A DNA stretch of 64,000 bases from the IMG/VR virus record IMGVR_UViG_3300036546_000248; one strand, written 5' to 3'. The position numbers and the translations under genes are program-made. Positions within the stretch are counted from its first letter, which is position 1; each line of letters begins with the position of its first letter. Shown here in pieces: positions 27,966-37,440 of this stretch. The notes beneath the pieces are model-generated. The model searched no databases, was not told the origin of the DNA, and worked only from the letters and a program-made list of their open reading frames with translations. The stretch comes from a virus. Its lineage: Duplodnaviria; Caudoviricetes.

Positions 27966-28721
27966 ATGACTCTTAAAAAACCCCCGTATCAAGAAGGTCC
28001 CGATAGCACCTTCCGTCATATGGACAAAGATTACCAACTCGACCCCCTACTAGCCGATGCTGCGAAGTTACCTGTCAAACAAGTCCATACCAACCAATTG
28101 GAATGGAACTTACGTTTCGGGGAACCGGACCCCATCCGCTTGAAAGAGGCTGATACCCGGTACCCCATCATCATCACTGAAGAGCCTCGGTTTGGTTGGG
28201 TGATCCTTGATGGCTTTCACCGCTTCTGTAAGCTGATCGAACAAAAACGCACTACCTGTTCGGTACGGATCATTCCCAGAGAGTGGCTCAAACGCTACAG
28301 GGTGTCTCTGGAGAGCGATTCACCCATCACGGTAGGTCGAGCTACCTTAGATCAAGCTAAAGCCTTCCTGGAGCCTCTGGGGATCATTTACAACCTCCCT
28401 CAAATGGGTGCCATCAACTACTCAGACGTCCCGCACCAATACACCTTCGCCTACCAGCAAGAACAACCCGTAGGACTTCTGATCACCACCACCTTACACA
28501 ACGACTTCGTGTCTTTGAACGTCAACCCAGAAGCAGACTACATCCACGTAGGCGGTACGCTGTTAAATTCTGTAAGGATCAATCAGGTATTGGTCAGGAC
28601 AGAGGACGAGGCGTTAAACAGCCTACTCAAGTATGCAGGGTATCGCCTGGCTGAGTCTTTGGTGAAGTATAACCTTTACCGTAAAGTCTTCTCTGCCTCT
28701 GAGTTCCTCTCTATTCAGTGA
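27966..28721 (+). CDS. ParB/Srx-like N-terminal domain protein
   Basis: ADTRYPIII...ILDGFHRFCK; internal VSLES then a second alpha/beta domain. Confidence 0.6.
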   Translation: MTLKKPPYQEGPDSTFRHMDKDYQLDPLLADAAKLPVKQVHTNQLEWNLRFGEPDPIRLKEADTRYPIIITEEPRFGWVILDGFHRFCKLIEQKRTTCSVRIIPREWLKRYRVSLESDSPITVGRATLDQAKAFLEPLGIIYNLPQMGAINYSDVPHQYTFAYQQEQPVGLLITTTLHNDFVSLNVNPEADYIHVGGTLLNSVRINQVLVRTEDEALNSLLKYAGYRLAESLVKYNLYRKVFSASEFLSIQ

Positions 28722-28734
28722 AAAAAAAAAGCAG

Positions 28735-28774
28735 GGCATAAAAGCTACAGGGGAGCTAGGCTCCCCTGTATGCC
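28735..28774. terminator. Bidirectional GGCATAA-hairpin-TATGCC element
   Basis: TACAGGGGAGC-TAG-GCTCCCCTGTA flanked by GGCATAA and TATGCC between convergent genes. Confidence 0.8.
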
Positions 28775-28775
28775 G

Positions 28776-29105
28776 TTACCACACGTAGTTACGAGCAGCA
28801 GTAGCCGCTTGAGAGAAGTCCAAGTCGAACAAGAACGTTCCCACAGGCGTTACCGCCTGATACCGATGTGCACTCGGGGTTGGGTTAGACCGACGAGCAA
28901 AGAACTCAGGGTCTTCCAACTGTACCAAGACTTCATGATGACGTCCTACCACGTCTACCAGAGCACCCAGTACTTTAGGTTCCAGTCGCCCAGTCAGCTC
29001 CAGGTTACGACTAGGGTTTTCGCCGATTTTCTCACGGATGACCCGTAAGGCTTGAGCGTAGCGTGCACAGACGACTTCGTTATCTTTCCAGACGTTGTTT
29101 TTCAT
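28776..29105 (-). CDS. Hypothetical protein
   Basis: 109 aa with a long AAC-rich leader. Confidence 0.55.
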   Translation of the reverse strand: MKNNVWKDNEVVCARYAQALRVIREKIGENPSRNLELTGRLEPKVLGALVDVVGRHHEVLVQLEDPEFFARRSNPTPSAHRYQAVTPVGTFLFDLDFSQAATAARNYVW

Positions 29106-29580
29106 GTTAAGTGTTGGCTCGTTGTTGTTGGTTCACTTACACCCCAACTCCACTGGAGGTTACGTTGGTTAGGTGCTTGTGTTTAATAGGGTTAGTTAAC
29201 AGTAGAGACGTAAAAGGTTTTTCAAAAGCATAGGAAGGGAATCTTCGATTCCCTGCTCTTTAGCCCCCTTTCCCCCGCCAGTTCATGGCCTTTACGCTAC
29301 GCTCCAAGACCATTCACGCGAGTGAAATGGGATTGGTTTAGCTGTCAGTCAGTCCTAGTATCTCCGCTTACGCTTCGCTACTACTCCTTCCTTCCGCTTT
29401 TATGTCAAAGCCATACCGAAGTAATGTAAAAAAATACTGACACAGGAAAACAAGACTAGATAACCCTAAGAGATACCCCAGAGGGGATCTAAAAAAGCAA
29501 ACATTTATCTATGCCCCGCCGCCCCGCGCTGCCCGCCGGCATAACCGGGCGCAACGGCCGAAGCCGCCCGCCCAGCCTAC

Positions 29581-30069
29581 TTAGCACGCTGTGGCTACGT
29601 ACAAGGCAGCATCTTCCAGAGAAGTCACTACCGCGATGCCTTTCTGTCGCAATGCGTCCACCGCCAGCGCCTCAGGACGCTTGGTGACCACCACCGAGTT
29701 CTCAGGGTTGTTCATCGCAGCGTTCAGAAATTCTTCCTGAACAGCCTGACCCAGATCCTCTTCAGGCAGTACATACACCTGAGTGGCTTCACTCAACAAC
29801 TCTTCGGTGAGTTCGGCTGCATGCTCTTGAAGCTGGATGGTTTCCAGCGAAGGGATTTCTACACCCCGCCCAGGTAGATTCCATACCCGGAACTCTTTGT
29901 AAGAGTCCTGGAGGATCTGCTCCCATTCACCCGATTGGATGTTGCCATGGAAGATCACACTGCGTTCAGGCTCGAAGCCCTCGAAGAGAGGATGTTCGAC
30001 GCTGTCGTCGTCCACCACGCTTTCTTCGTGATTTTCCATACTGAGTTGGAAGATGTCACGGACGCTCAT
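29581..30069 (-). CDS. Acidic protein with N-terminal LSME (possible head protein)
   Basis: 162 aa; S-M-E matches the S/A/G-x-E prohead protease motif. Confidence 0.55.
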   Translation of the reverse strand: MSVRDIFQLSMENHEESVVDDDSVEHPLFEGFEPERSVIFHGNIQSGEWEQILQDSYKEFRVWNLPGRGVEIPSLETIQLQEHAAELTEELLSEATQVYVLPEEDLGQAVQEEFLNAAMNNPENSVVVTKRPEALAVDALRQKGIAVVTSLEDAALYVATAC

Positions 30070-30157
30070 TGTCGGTACCTCAGCTAGTGGCTAAGAATGT
30101 GGATAAAAAAAAGAAGAGTCGAGCGCATCCCTTAGGATGCACCCGACTTCATAGGTA

Positions 30158-30664
30158 TTACGTTGTGGTGATGAAATTGCGCAGATAGACTTTACGGCTG
30201 AAACCAACGTTCTGAGCAAAGAGGATCAGGAGGTGTCCGTCACCACTTTCTTCTGGACACAAGGCCACATTGATACCCGCAGCTTCCAAGCGAACCAGGT
30301 TCTTACGGATTAGGCCTACATCAGACACCAACAGTGCTCGAGCCGAAGTCATCATCGCATTGATGTGGCTAGAGAGGTCCAGGCGCAGCTCTGGGGTGTC
30401 TTTACCTTGCAGTGCAGACTTCAGGACATCGAAGCGCAGGATCAGGCTTCCTACGGCATCGGTCTTGAACGTTGGACGAATGGCGTCGGTTACCACACGC
30501 TGTTCTTGTGTCGGTGTCGCCTCATGGTGCGCCATGTCCGCAGCCAAGTCATTACCCTTGTGTTGAGACCCTTCACTTTCCATAAAGGTCTGTAGGTTCT
30601 GGTTCAATGCATCCATGTCCAGATGGAAGTGGGTATCGGTGTTCAGAGTGTCGATGGTATTCAT
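30158..30664 (-). CDS. Hypothetical protein
   Basis: 168 aa; SD in an ACUUUU-AAGG-AAAAGU hairpin. Confidence 0.65.
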   Translation of the reverse strand: MNTIDTLNTDTHFHLDMDALNQNLQTFMESEGSQHKGNDLAADMAHHEATPTQEQRVVTDAIRPTFKTDAVGSLILRFDVLKSALQGKDTPELRLDLSSHINAMMTSARALLVSDVGLIRKNLVRLEAAGINVALCPEESGDGHLLILFAQNVGFSRKVYLRNFITTT

Positions 30665-30692
30665 GGTACTTTTCCTTAAAAGTCAGACAAGT

Positions 30693-30953
30693 TTATTCTT
30701 CGAAGCGTGCTTGGATATTCTTCAAGGTTTCAGCAGCTGCTTCTTCACCGTACTCTTTGCGTACGATATCGAGCATCTCCACAATCTCATCACGCAACAT
30801 GATGGTGGCGTTATAAGCAACGGTGACGTGTACCGCCTCATCGAAGTAGCGTTCAGAATCCTCCACCATCGGGAATCGGCGGAAGAGGTCAAACCACATA
30901 CGGGCAACTGCTACTTCAAACAGATACAGCTGTTCCAACAAACGGACCATCAC
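30693..30953 (-). CDS. Hypothetical protein
   Basis: 86 aa with AAGGAGG RBS. Confidence 0.65.
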   Translation of the reverse strand: MMVRLLEQLYLFEVAVARMWFDLFRRFPMVEDSERYFDEAVHVTVAYNATIMLRDEIVEMLDIVRKEYGEEAAAETLKNIQARFEE

Positions 30954-31001
30954 ACACCCTCCTTAGGGCTATAGACTGGGGTCCGAAGACCCCGACGGTT
31001 T

Positions 31002-31454
31002 TTACTGACCGACGTTCATCTGAGCGTAGGCTTTCTTGTTATAGCGATCGACCATGCTCTTCTGCATCTCAACCAAACGCAGACCGAGATTGGGGTTGCC
31101 GGGAATGCCGAGAATGGTATTGAACTCGTCGGAGGTGAGTTCGTTAGGATACATCCAACGCAGCTCCCGTGGTAGGTTGGTCACCACGATCACAGCATCG
31201 TGTGGTTGAACCTTATCAAGCTTCCGGGCACGGCGCTCGAATATCACCAGATTGCCCAGAGGACTGCCGATGATGATCCCATTACGCATCATGTTGTCCA
31301 CGAAGCGTACCACTTCACCGTCTTCCAACTCAAGGTCATCATGGACCAAGTGATCGAAATACCCGGTTCCGTTATTCCACTTGGGATCGAATGGTACGAA
31401 GCGTTCGATCTTGGCCAACACATTGTCGATCTGACGGATAGTGGGGTGAGTCAT
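31002..31454 (-). CDS. Early hypothetical protein
   Basis: 150 aa; AGGAG RBS and promoter-like CATATTAC upstream. Confidence 0.7.
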   Translation of the reverse strand: MTHPTIRQIDNVLAKIERFVPFDPKWNNGTGYFDHLVHDDLELEDGEVVRFVDNMMRNGIIIGSPLGNLVIFERRARKLDKVQPHDAVIVVTNLPRELRWMYPNELTSDEFNTILGIPGNPNLGLRLVEMQKSMVDRYNKKAYAQMNVGQ

Positions 31455-31513
31455 TGTGAATCTCCTGAGATTACGAGGGTTAATGAATAAGAGTTTGTAA
31501 CTTATTCCCTTGA

Positions 31514-31521
31514 GTAATATG
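31514..31521 (-). promoter_or_regulatory. Early promoter variant CATATTAC
   Basis: One mismatch to TATATTAC, AT-rich upstream region, hairpin downstream as at the other copies. Confidence 0.6.
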
Positions 31522-31577
31522 TATTTGAAAATATTTTATTTGGTATCCTGTGACTCCCAAGCCTTAGGACATAAACC

Positions 31578-32801
31578 ATGGCCTCCACTATCAAGGACAC
31601 CTTCAAGAAGGAATTGTCCTACCTTGAGATTGACAGTAAGTTGGTCAAACGGTTGGCCAATTTCAAACACAGCTTCATTAACCGCAACGACGACCACATC
31701 AAGTTCTTTGGGGGAAACCTCCTCGGGGTTGAAGTCGTCCGTTATCTGCAAGCCGACCGGGACACGTGGTTCGGGGAAGTGTTGGATATTGACGATGACG
31801 CCCTGACAGAATCACTCTACTCCTTGGAAGTGATCAACGAAGAATACAAACGTACCTCGGACGTGGTGAACCTCACCAGTGCGTGGTTGCTCCATGCGCT
31901 GTACACCTCCAGTAAGCTGACGGTGCGTGAGAAAGAACAAGCCATGATCGATGTGGCGTACATGCTTCAGGTCAAGTTCATCACCAGCATCTTCGCCCAC
32001 TACTTCAAATACCCAGCCGACAAAGAGTTGGCCCAAGCGGTCTACGAGTCGTTGAGTAAGAAGTATGCCTTGAAGCAACACGGTAGCTGGCATGCGTTGT
32101 TTACCGCCCGTTCACAAGACATCATAGCTCGCAACGGTATTCATCATAAGACGATCAAAGACTTTACAGACGATGATGCAATTTTGTACCTAATTACAGA
32201 CGTGCAGGGTCGTATCCGTGAAGTCGTCAAAAAGATGTATGCGGTAATGATCGAGCTGAAGGACAATCAGCAACGCATTTCGTCGACCAGCAGTACGGTG
32301 GCCATCGATGGGGAGAATATCCTCAAAGACCGCCAGCGCAGCATCAGCAACTACAAGCGGTATATCCACACGATCATCGTAGACCGCGACACCTTCATTC
32401 GCAATGAGGTTTTGTCGGTGATCAACGATGCCATGCACACCATGCCTCCGAAGCTTCTAGTCGAGGTGTTGGAATACTGTTCGGCGAACTATGGTAAGGC
32501 TCGACATGAGAACATCGGTGAACTCTGTGACGAGACCCTGCTCCATGCGTTTGAGTTCTTGTCACAAAACCGTGCCTTGATCCGCAACCAATCGAACCTC
32601 TCGAGTCTGGTCAGTCGCCTTCGAAACCTGTACATGGCATCGAAGATGAATGACCCAACCCTCCTCAAGATGAAGAGATTGGCTGAAGAGATCGTCTCTA
32701 AGTCAGCTACCACCAAGTCCAGTTCGGTTCAAGCGAGTCTGCGTACAGGCTTGCAACTGTATATCGTCTTGCGCACGTTCACCATGGAGTATTACTCATG
32801 A
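31578..32801 (+). CDS. Conserved chimallivirus core protein
   Basis: 407 aa helical protein with FFGGNLLGV motif; function not recognised. Confidence 0.65.
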   Translation: MASTIKDTFKKELSYLEIDSKLVKRLANFKHSFINRNDDHIKFFGGNLLGVEVVRYLQADRDTWFGEVLDIDDDALTESLYSLEVINEEYKRTSDVVNLTSAWLLHALYTSSKLTVREKEQAMIDVAYMLQVKFITSIFAHYFKYPADKELAQAVYESLSKKYALKQHGSWHALFTARSQDIIARNGIHHKTIKDFTDDDAILYLITDVQGRIREVVKKMYAVMIELKDNQQRISSTSSTVAIDGENILKDRQRSISNYKRYIHTIIVDRDTFIRNEVLSVINDAMHTMPPKLLVEVLEYCSANYGKARHENIGELCDETLLHAFEFLSQNRALIRNQSNLSSLVSRLRNLYMASKMNDPTLLKMKRLAEEIVSKSATTKSSSVQASLRTGLQLYIVLRTFTMEYYS

Positions 32802-33127
32802 TCAAATTAGGTCGTAGTAGTGACACGGTGTTCGAACATTACGCTGCGTACCCGAAGTTACCTTTTGGTCGGGCTCGAGAGTTCCTTGAAGTCAAAGATT
32901 CTCAAGTGGTGATCAAACGACAAACCACGACTGAGTACGTCCATTGGGGTATTTTCTCGTGGCCCAAGCGTAAGAAGGTCAGCTTCATCATCTACGTGAC
33001 ACATTACTTCCGCAACGGCCTAACCGGCGGGGTAGCAATGTACAACGTGGATAAAGGCGTCTTGGAAGAACACGTAGAGAAGTGTTACCAGCATCCACCG
33101 CGTCCTAACTGGATTGTGTTGACATAA
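32798..33127 (+). CDS. Hypothetical protein
   Basis: 109 aa; ATGA overlap with the upstream gene. Confidence 0.6.
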   Translation: MIKLGRSSDTVFEHYAAYPKLPFGRAREFLEVKDSQVVIKRQTTTEYVHWGIFSWPKRKKVSFIIYVTHYFRNGLTGGVAMYNVDKGVLEEHVEKCYQHPPRPNWIVLT

Positions 33128-33164
33128 AAGGCTAGAGAGGAGGCGTTGCCTCCTCTCTTATGCC
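33121..33164. terminator. Bidirectional GACATAA-hairpin-TTATGCC element
   Basis: AGAGAGGAGGC-GTT-GCCTCCTCTCT between convergent genes. Confidence 0.8.
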
Positions 33165-33166
33165 GC

Positions 33167-33880
33167 TTACCAATTGGCGTACAGCTCATCGACCTCTGCT
33201 TGCGACAACAACTTGTTGTAAATCACCAAATCAGACACCAACCCCACGTTCTTCTCCCCCGTCTCCAACTCGTTAATCGAGCCGCACAGGTAATTACCCA
33301 GAGGCGGTCTGTAATTGGAAGCCTGAAGCAACGACAAGACACCATTGATGTAAATGCGATAGTTGCTACCGTCATAGGACAACGTCAACATGTGCCAACC
33401 TGTTGCTCCGATGGCATCAGGTGCTCGGTAACTAATGCCGTTGAAATGAATGTACGGACGCCCAGGGTAGGTCGGACTCAACTTAAAGGTAAAGTTTGCC
33501 TGATTACCTGAGTAGGTAAAGAAGTGTTGATAACCGTCAAGACTTCGTGCGTGATACCACAGGTTTATTGTCCATTGTGCCGGTAGCTGAAGATCAGTCA
33601 TCTTGATCCAGCCGGCGTTGATAAAGTCAACACAATCGCGACCATTCAACTTACGTTCAAACGCATTAAGTCCTAACGTGGTGCTGGGGTCATACAACTG
33701 GGCTACGCTCATCCCTGTGGCATAGTGTCGCAACTTATTCTCTTCTAGGTAGTAATTGACCCCAACCTTCAACCACTTCGCATTGTGCTTCTGCCATGTC
33801 GACCGCGGCTTAAGCCAGGCTCCTTGTCGTTTAAAGCGGGTAAGCCCAATTCCCCACTTACCGTTAGCTTTAACTTTCAT
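33167..33880 (-). CDS. LamG/concanavalin A-like domain protein with Trp-repeat N-terminus (fibre/adhesin-like)
   Basis: WTINLW...WHMLTLSYDG...IYING...GLVSDLVIYNKLLSQAEVDELY is a LamG-like pattern; N-terminus MKVKANGKW. Confidence 0.75.
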   Translation of the reverse strand: MKVKANGKWGIGLTRFKRQGAWLKPRSTWQKHNAKWLKVGVNYYLEENKLRHYATGMSVAQLYDPSTTLGLNAFERKLNGRDCVDFINAGWIKMTDLQLPAQWTINLWYHARSLDGYQHFFTYSGNQANFTFKLSPTYPGRPYIHFNGISYRAPDAIGATGWHMLTLSYDGSNYRIYINGVLSLLQASNYRPPLGNYLCGSINELETGEKNVGLVSDLVIYNKLLSQAEVDELYANW

Positions 33881-33992
33881 GTCGGCTCCACCGTTTTAAA
33901 GCGGGTTAGGTCTACCCATTCATACGATTTCTGGACCAAGGCGGCAAAAAAAAACAAGGGAGCCTAAGCCCCCTTGTTAAAACGAACATCGT

Positions 33993-34322
33993 TCATTTGA
34001 AGAACTCGACGACCTCATAACGGTCATTGACTTGGGTTTGTTGGATGATGCGGCCTTGTGAGTCGACAATCAGACCGATACAGAGTTGCGGGAAGAGGTA
34101 AAAGCGTCGCGAGGAACGACTGTCGGCGAGAGTGATGCGGTGATACATACGGTCATCCCACGTACCGATGGTTCTCGACATCGCGTCGGTTTCCAGACTT
34201 TGCATAGGTTTGAGCGCAGTATCGACCTTCTCTACGATGTAACCGTTGGACACCATTTGGTGACCGTAGCGCAGTTCCATCACAGGAACTAATTGGGAGG
34301 TTTTTGCTTCTTTAACTTTCAT
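33993..34322 (-). CDS. Hypothetical protein
   Basis: 109 aa from MKVKEAK. Confidence 0.55.
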   Translation of the reverse strand: MKVKEAKTSQLVPVMELRYGHQMVSNGYIVEKVDTALKPMQSLETDAMSRTIGTWDDRMYHRITLADSRSSRRFYLFPQLCIGLIVDSQGRIIQQTQVNDRYEVVEFFK

Positions 34323-34326
34323 GGCG

Positions 34327-35334
34327 TTATTCCATAGAGTTTGGGGTGTATTGTGGGTTGAGTACAAAGACATCGTTGTCACGAACTTCGTAGTCCGTAC
34401 AGTAGGTGCCCCTCCCGACGATGTCAAGTTGACCAATCAGGCGACGGATCAGGAAGGGGAGGTTTTGCCAATAACCTTGTTTTACCCTTAGAAAGGCGTA
34501 GGCTACGTCGTTGGTGGTGTAACACAACCGTTCTTCTTCGTCGCGGTAGAACGACAGTTTGAAGGCTAAAGGTTGTTTAATGTTGGGATGTACGGTGAAG
34601 TTCTCAATCTCCACCACAACTTCATCACAAGACAGGTACTGACCCACCACGGTCAGCTCTGCCCAGTCGGGCGTACCTGGGTTGTCGTTCTTCAGCGCTT
34701 CGAAAGCACCACCCTCCATTCGGTCACAGAAGTAGAGATACTCCTCCCCTATTTGAGCATAGTCAACGTAAGCGACCGGCGTAGTGTTCAACAACACATT
34801 CAAGTCGGTGCGCTCAACCTGCTCAAGTTCGTTGGTGTAGTAAACTCGCTCTATGGTGAAATCGGGGTAGATGGTCTCAAACTCGCTAAGGGAGTGACCG
34901 CTAGGGTTAATCACCTTCAACGGACTGTAGAACCAAGTACTTCCGGAGCCGTAAGAGAAGAGTTGGTAAGGACGTGCATAGTCAGCCAACTCCCCTGCAA
35001 TGTATTGTTTGTTGAGTAAGAGGTAGTAGTACCACCCCATCAACCGAACCGGCTCTGGTAGCGTGGTGTTGCTACGCTCGTTCTTCTTGAAGTGAACCTG
35101 CCCGTAATTCTCTGCTGGGTTTTTGTAGATCATGGCGTGGACTTGGCTTTTCGGACCGCGTCCTGCCACCATTTCCCAAAACAAACGCCGTTGTTCTTCC
35201 TGACCCAGTATATCAATCTGGGTGGCCGTAAGTCGCAGGGCTTGTTCGATGCCAGGGATCATACTGGCCATCCCTGAAGATGAGAGGATTGATTGAGCGA
35301 TGTCTTTACAAGCCCGACTGTAATCATTGTTCAT
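34327..35334 (-). CDS. Hypothetical protein
   Basis: 335 aa, Tyr-rich; GAGGA RBS. Confidence 0.65.
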   Translation of the reverse strand: MNNDYSRACKDIAQSILSSSGMASMIPGIEQALRLTATQIDILGQEEQRRLFWEMVAGRGPKSQVHAMIYKNPAENYGQVHFKKNERSNTTLPEPVRLMGWYYYLLLNKQYIAGELADYARPYQLFSYGSGSTWFYSPLKVINPSGHSLSEFETIYPDFTIERVYYTNELEQVERTDLNVLLNTTPVAYVDYAQIGEEYLYFCDRMEGGAFEALKNDNPGTPDWAELTVVGQYLSCDEVVVEIENFTVHPNIKQPLAFKLSFYRDEEERLCYTTNDVAYAFLRVKQGYWQNLPFLIRRLIGQLDIVGRGTYCTDYEVRDNDVFVLNPQYTPNSME

Positions 35335-35360
35335 GGAGGATATCCTCGTTGCGTTTAAGG

Positions 35361-35981
35361 TTAGGCTGAAAGCTCTGCGACACGCAAAGCTTCTTGTGCA
35401 ATTGGGGTGTTAAGGAACTGACTAGCCCAGACTTGACCTTCAGGGGTGTACAGATTGATCCGGTGTTTAACCTCGGCCTTTTTGGCAATCTGTAGGGTGG
35501 TATTGGTACCACCGCGCACTTTCTCGGTTTTACCCACAGGAATGGCCCAATACACCAAGTACTCAACCTTGTCTTGAAGACTAGCCCCATGTATCTGCAT
35601 GACGTTGCGACTGTGAAGATTGATACCCCAGTCATCCAACCCATGAAAGCTTCCGCGCGCTTCGAGTGCCATTTGTTTGGCCTTCTCAAAGGTTGGGAAC
35701 CGTTGAGCATTGTAGAAAAAGTTCTTCGGATCAGCTTTCCTGCCCCGCACCCACTCATCACACAAGTAAATACGTGCACCGATCTTACGGTAAAAAGGAC
35801 TCAACAGAGCACCCTCCCAGAAGGCTCTATCAGCCCCTCTGGCGTCACCTGAAGATAATCCGTACCCTAGGGCATAAAAGACCACAGCAAGCTTCTGCAT
35901 GAGCTTACAGACGTCTTCCGGTGTATCCCGACTCCCAACCCCTGCGAACCAACCTTTGAACTCGGGTGTGGACATGGTCAA
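35361..35981 (-). CDS. SLOG-family (DprA/Smf-like) protein
   Basis: FAGVGSRDTP, LSSGDARGADRAF, GGTNTT. Confidence 0.75.
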   Translation of the reverse strand: MTMSTPEFKGWFAGVGSRDTPEDVCKLMQKLAVVFYALGYGLSSGDARGADRAFWEGALLSPFYRKIGARIYLCDEWVRGRKADPKNFFYNAQRFPTFEKAKQMALEARGSFHGLDDWGINLHSRNVMQIHGASLQDKVEYLVYWAIPVGKTEKVRGGTNTTLQIAKKAEVKHRINLYTPEGQVWASQFLNTPIAQEALRVAELSA

Positions 35982-36421
35982 TCCTTAACAAGCTTGAGTT
36001 CTTTACGAGCATTCATTGCTACCTTGCCCAAGTAGTCCTTCTTATCGAAGGGGATACGGTAAACAATGGCTACGTGGTCTGTTGTGTCGGTGCGATTCAT
36101 GACGTAGTGTTCAATTGAATCGACATCGCCCACGCGAAGGTGCGTAAACACCTCGGTCAAACACCCCTGCATCCAATCCGCATACTGCAACATGTCGTTG
36201 TTATCAGCATCGTACATGATCACATGAAGGTCGTTACAGGTGTGCTCAACATCATTGACGATGAACAAACACCCCTCTCCCCGAGAGAGTTCTATCTCGC
36301 GGTATTTAAAACCCATTTCAAAATGCTTACCACTAAACGTTTCGATACACCCCAAATAGTTCAAAGGGTTGGTGGGTAAGATCTTCTCGTCACGAGCAAA
36401 GACAATAAAGACAACAGACAT
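35978..36421 (-). CDS. Hypothetical protein
   Basis: 147 aa with AAGGA RBS; overlaps the SLOG gene start. Confidence 0.6.
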   Translation of the reverse strand: MSVVFIVFARDEKILPTNPLNYLGCIETFSGKHFEMGFKYREIELSRGEGCLFIVNDVEHTCNDLHVIMYDADNNDMLQYADWMQGCLTEVFTHLRVGDVDSIEHYVMNRTDTTDHVAIVYRIPFDKKDYLGKVAMNARKELKLVKD

Positions 36422-36442
36422 AATTTATTTTCCTTAAAAGAG

Positions 36443-36473
36443 GGCATAAGTAATCGGGACCGAAGTCCCGATT
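36443..36473 (-). terminator. Hairpin plus TTATGCC element
   Basis: GGCATAA-GT-AATCGGGAC-CGAA-GTCCCGATT on the plus strand. Confidence 0.75.
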
Positions 36474-36501
36474 GCCAAGGTTATTTACAGACAGCTTCCC
36501 T

Positions 36502-37326
36502 TTAAACGCGCGGAGTGACGACCCCGGTCTGGAACATATATTTGCCTTCGCGGTCGGCGTAGGACGTTATGCAGTCTTGGTCGCTCTCGAAGAACAAGAA
36601 CTGTGCAATACCCTCATTAGCGTAGATCTTCATCGGTAGGTTAGTGGCATTAGAAATTTCAATGACCACATTACCTTCGAACTCAGCTTCGATCGGCGTC
36701 ACGTTGACGATAGCACCGGCACGCGCCAGGGTTGATTTACCAACAGCGATAACCGTAACGTTACGCGGAATGCGGAAGTATTCCACAGTACGGCCCAAAA
36801 GGTACGAGTTCGGAGGTAGGATCACGTACTCGTCGCCGGTTTCATCAGTGTGGACCACCGCATCTACCAAACACTGGGTGTCAAAGCGCTTAGGGTCGAT
36901 GATCGCTGAGTTGAGGTTGGTAAAGAGTTTGAACTCGGTAGACAACCGCACATCGTAGCCGTAGCTGGAAGTACCGAAAGAAATCAGCCGTTCCCCTTTG
37001 CGATAAAGACCACCGTCCTTTTCCACTACCTCGTCTTCCAACAATCCATTATAGTGATCGAACTTATCAGACTCAGACAACGGACTGTCTTCACGGTAAC
37101 GCACTTGGACACCTACGAAGGGTTCGATCATCGGCTTCCAGTCGATCTTGGCAAGATCCTCAGGACGCAAACGAGTTGCGATGTAACGCTGTTCTTTACT
37201 TTCGAGTTCTTTGGGGGTATGGGTGATACCTTCCCACGCCAGTGTAGTGTCACGACCATGAACGGTGTGAAGGGCATGGCTGGGAGGAGTAGATTGAGTA
37301 GCAATCCATTTGTCGGATTTGATCAT
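36502..37326 (-). CDS. dcd: dCTP deaminase with two N-terminal insertions
   Basis: [67 protein letters not shown]. Confidence 0.9.
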   Translation of the reverse strand: MIKSDKWIATQSTPPSHALHTVHGRDTTLAWEGITHTPKELESKEQRYIATRLRPEDLAKIDWKPMIEPFVGVQVRYREDSPLSESDKFDHYNGLLEDEVVEKDGGLYRKGERLISFGTSSYGYDVRLSTEFKLFTNLNSAIIDPKRFDTQCLVDAVVHTDETGDEYVILPPNSYLLGRTVEYFRIPRNVTVIAVGKSTLARAGAIVNVTPIEAEFEGNVVIEISNATNLPMKIYANEGIAQFLFFESDQDCITSYADREGKYMFQTGVVTPRV

Positions 37327-37408
37327 GGTAGTGTCCTTAAGGTTAAGGTCAGTTGAAGATTCCTTTATATAGTTTAGGTTTTTAATATTTTTTAATGAGG
37401 GGTGGGGT

Positions 37409-37437
37409 GGCATAAACGGGAGTGTTACCTCCCGTTT
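37409..37437 (-). terminator. Hairpin plus TTATGCC element
   Basis: GGCATAAACGGGAG-TGTTAC-CTCCCGTTT. Confidence 0.75.
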
Positions 37438-37440
37438 AAG

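Noticed and set aside
21471-28730. T10, A11 and A10 homopolymers (21471, 21521, 28721) as phase-variation tracts
   Set aside because: All are intergenic and next to terminator hairpins, consistent with U-tracts.
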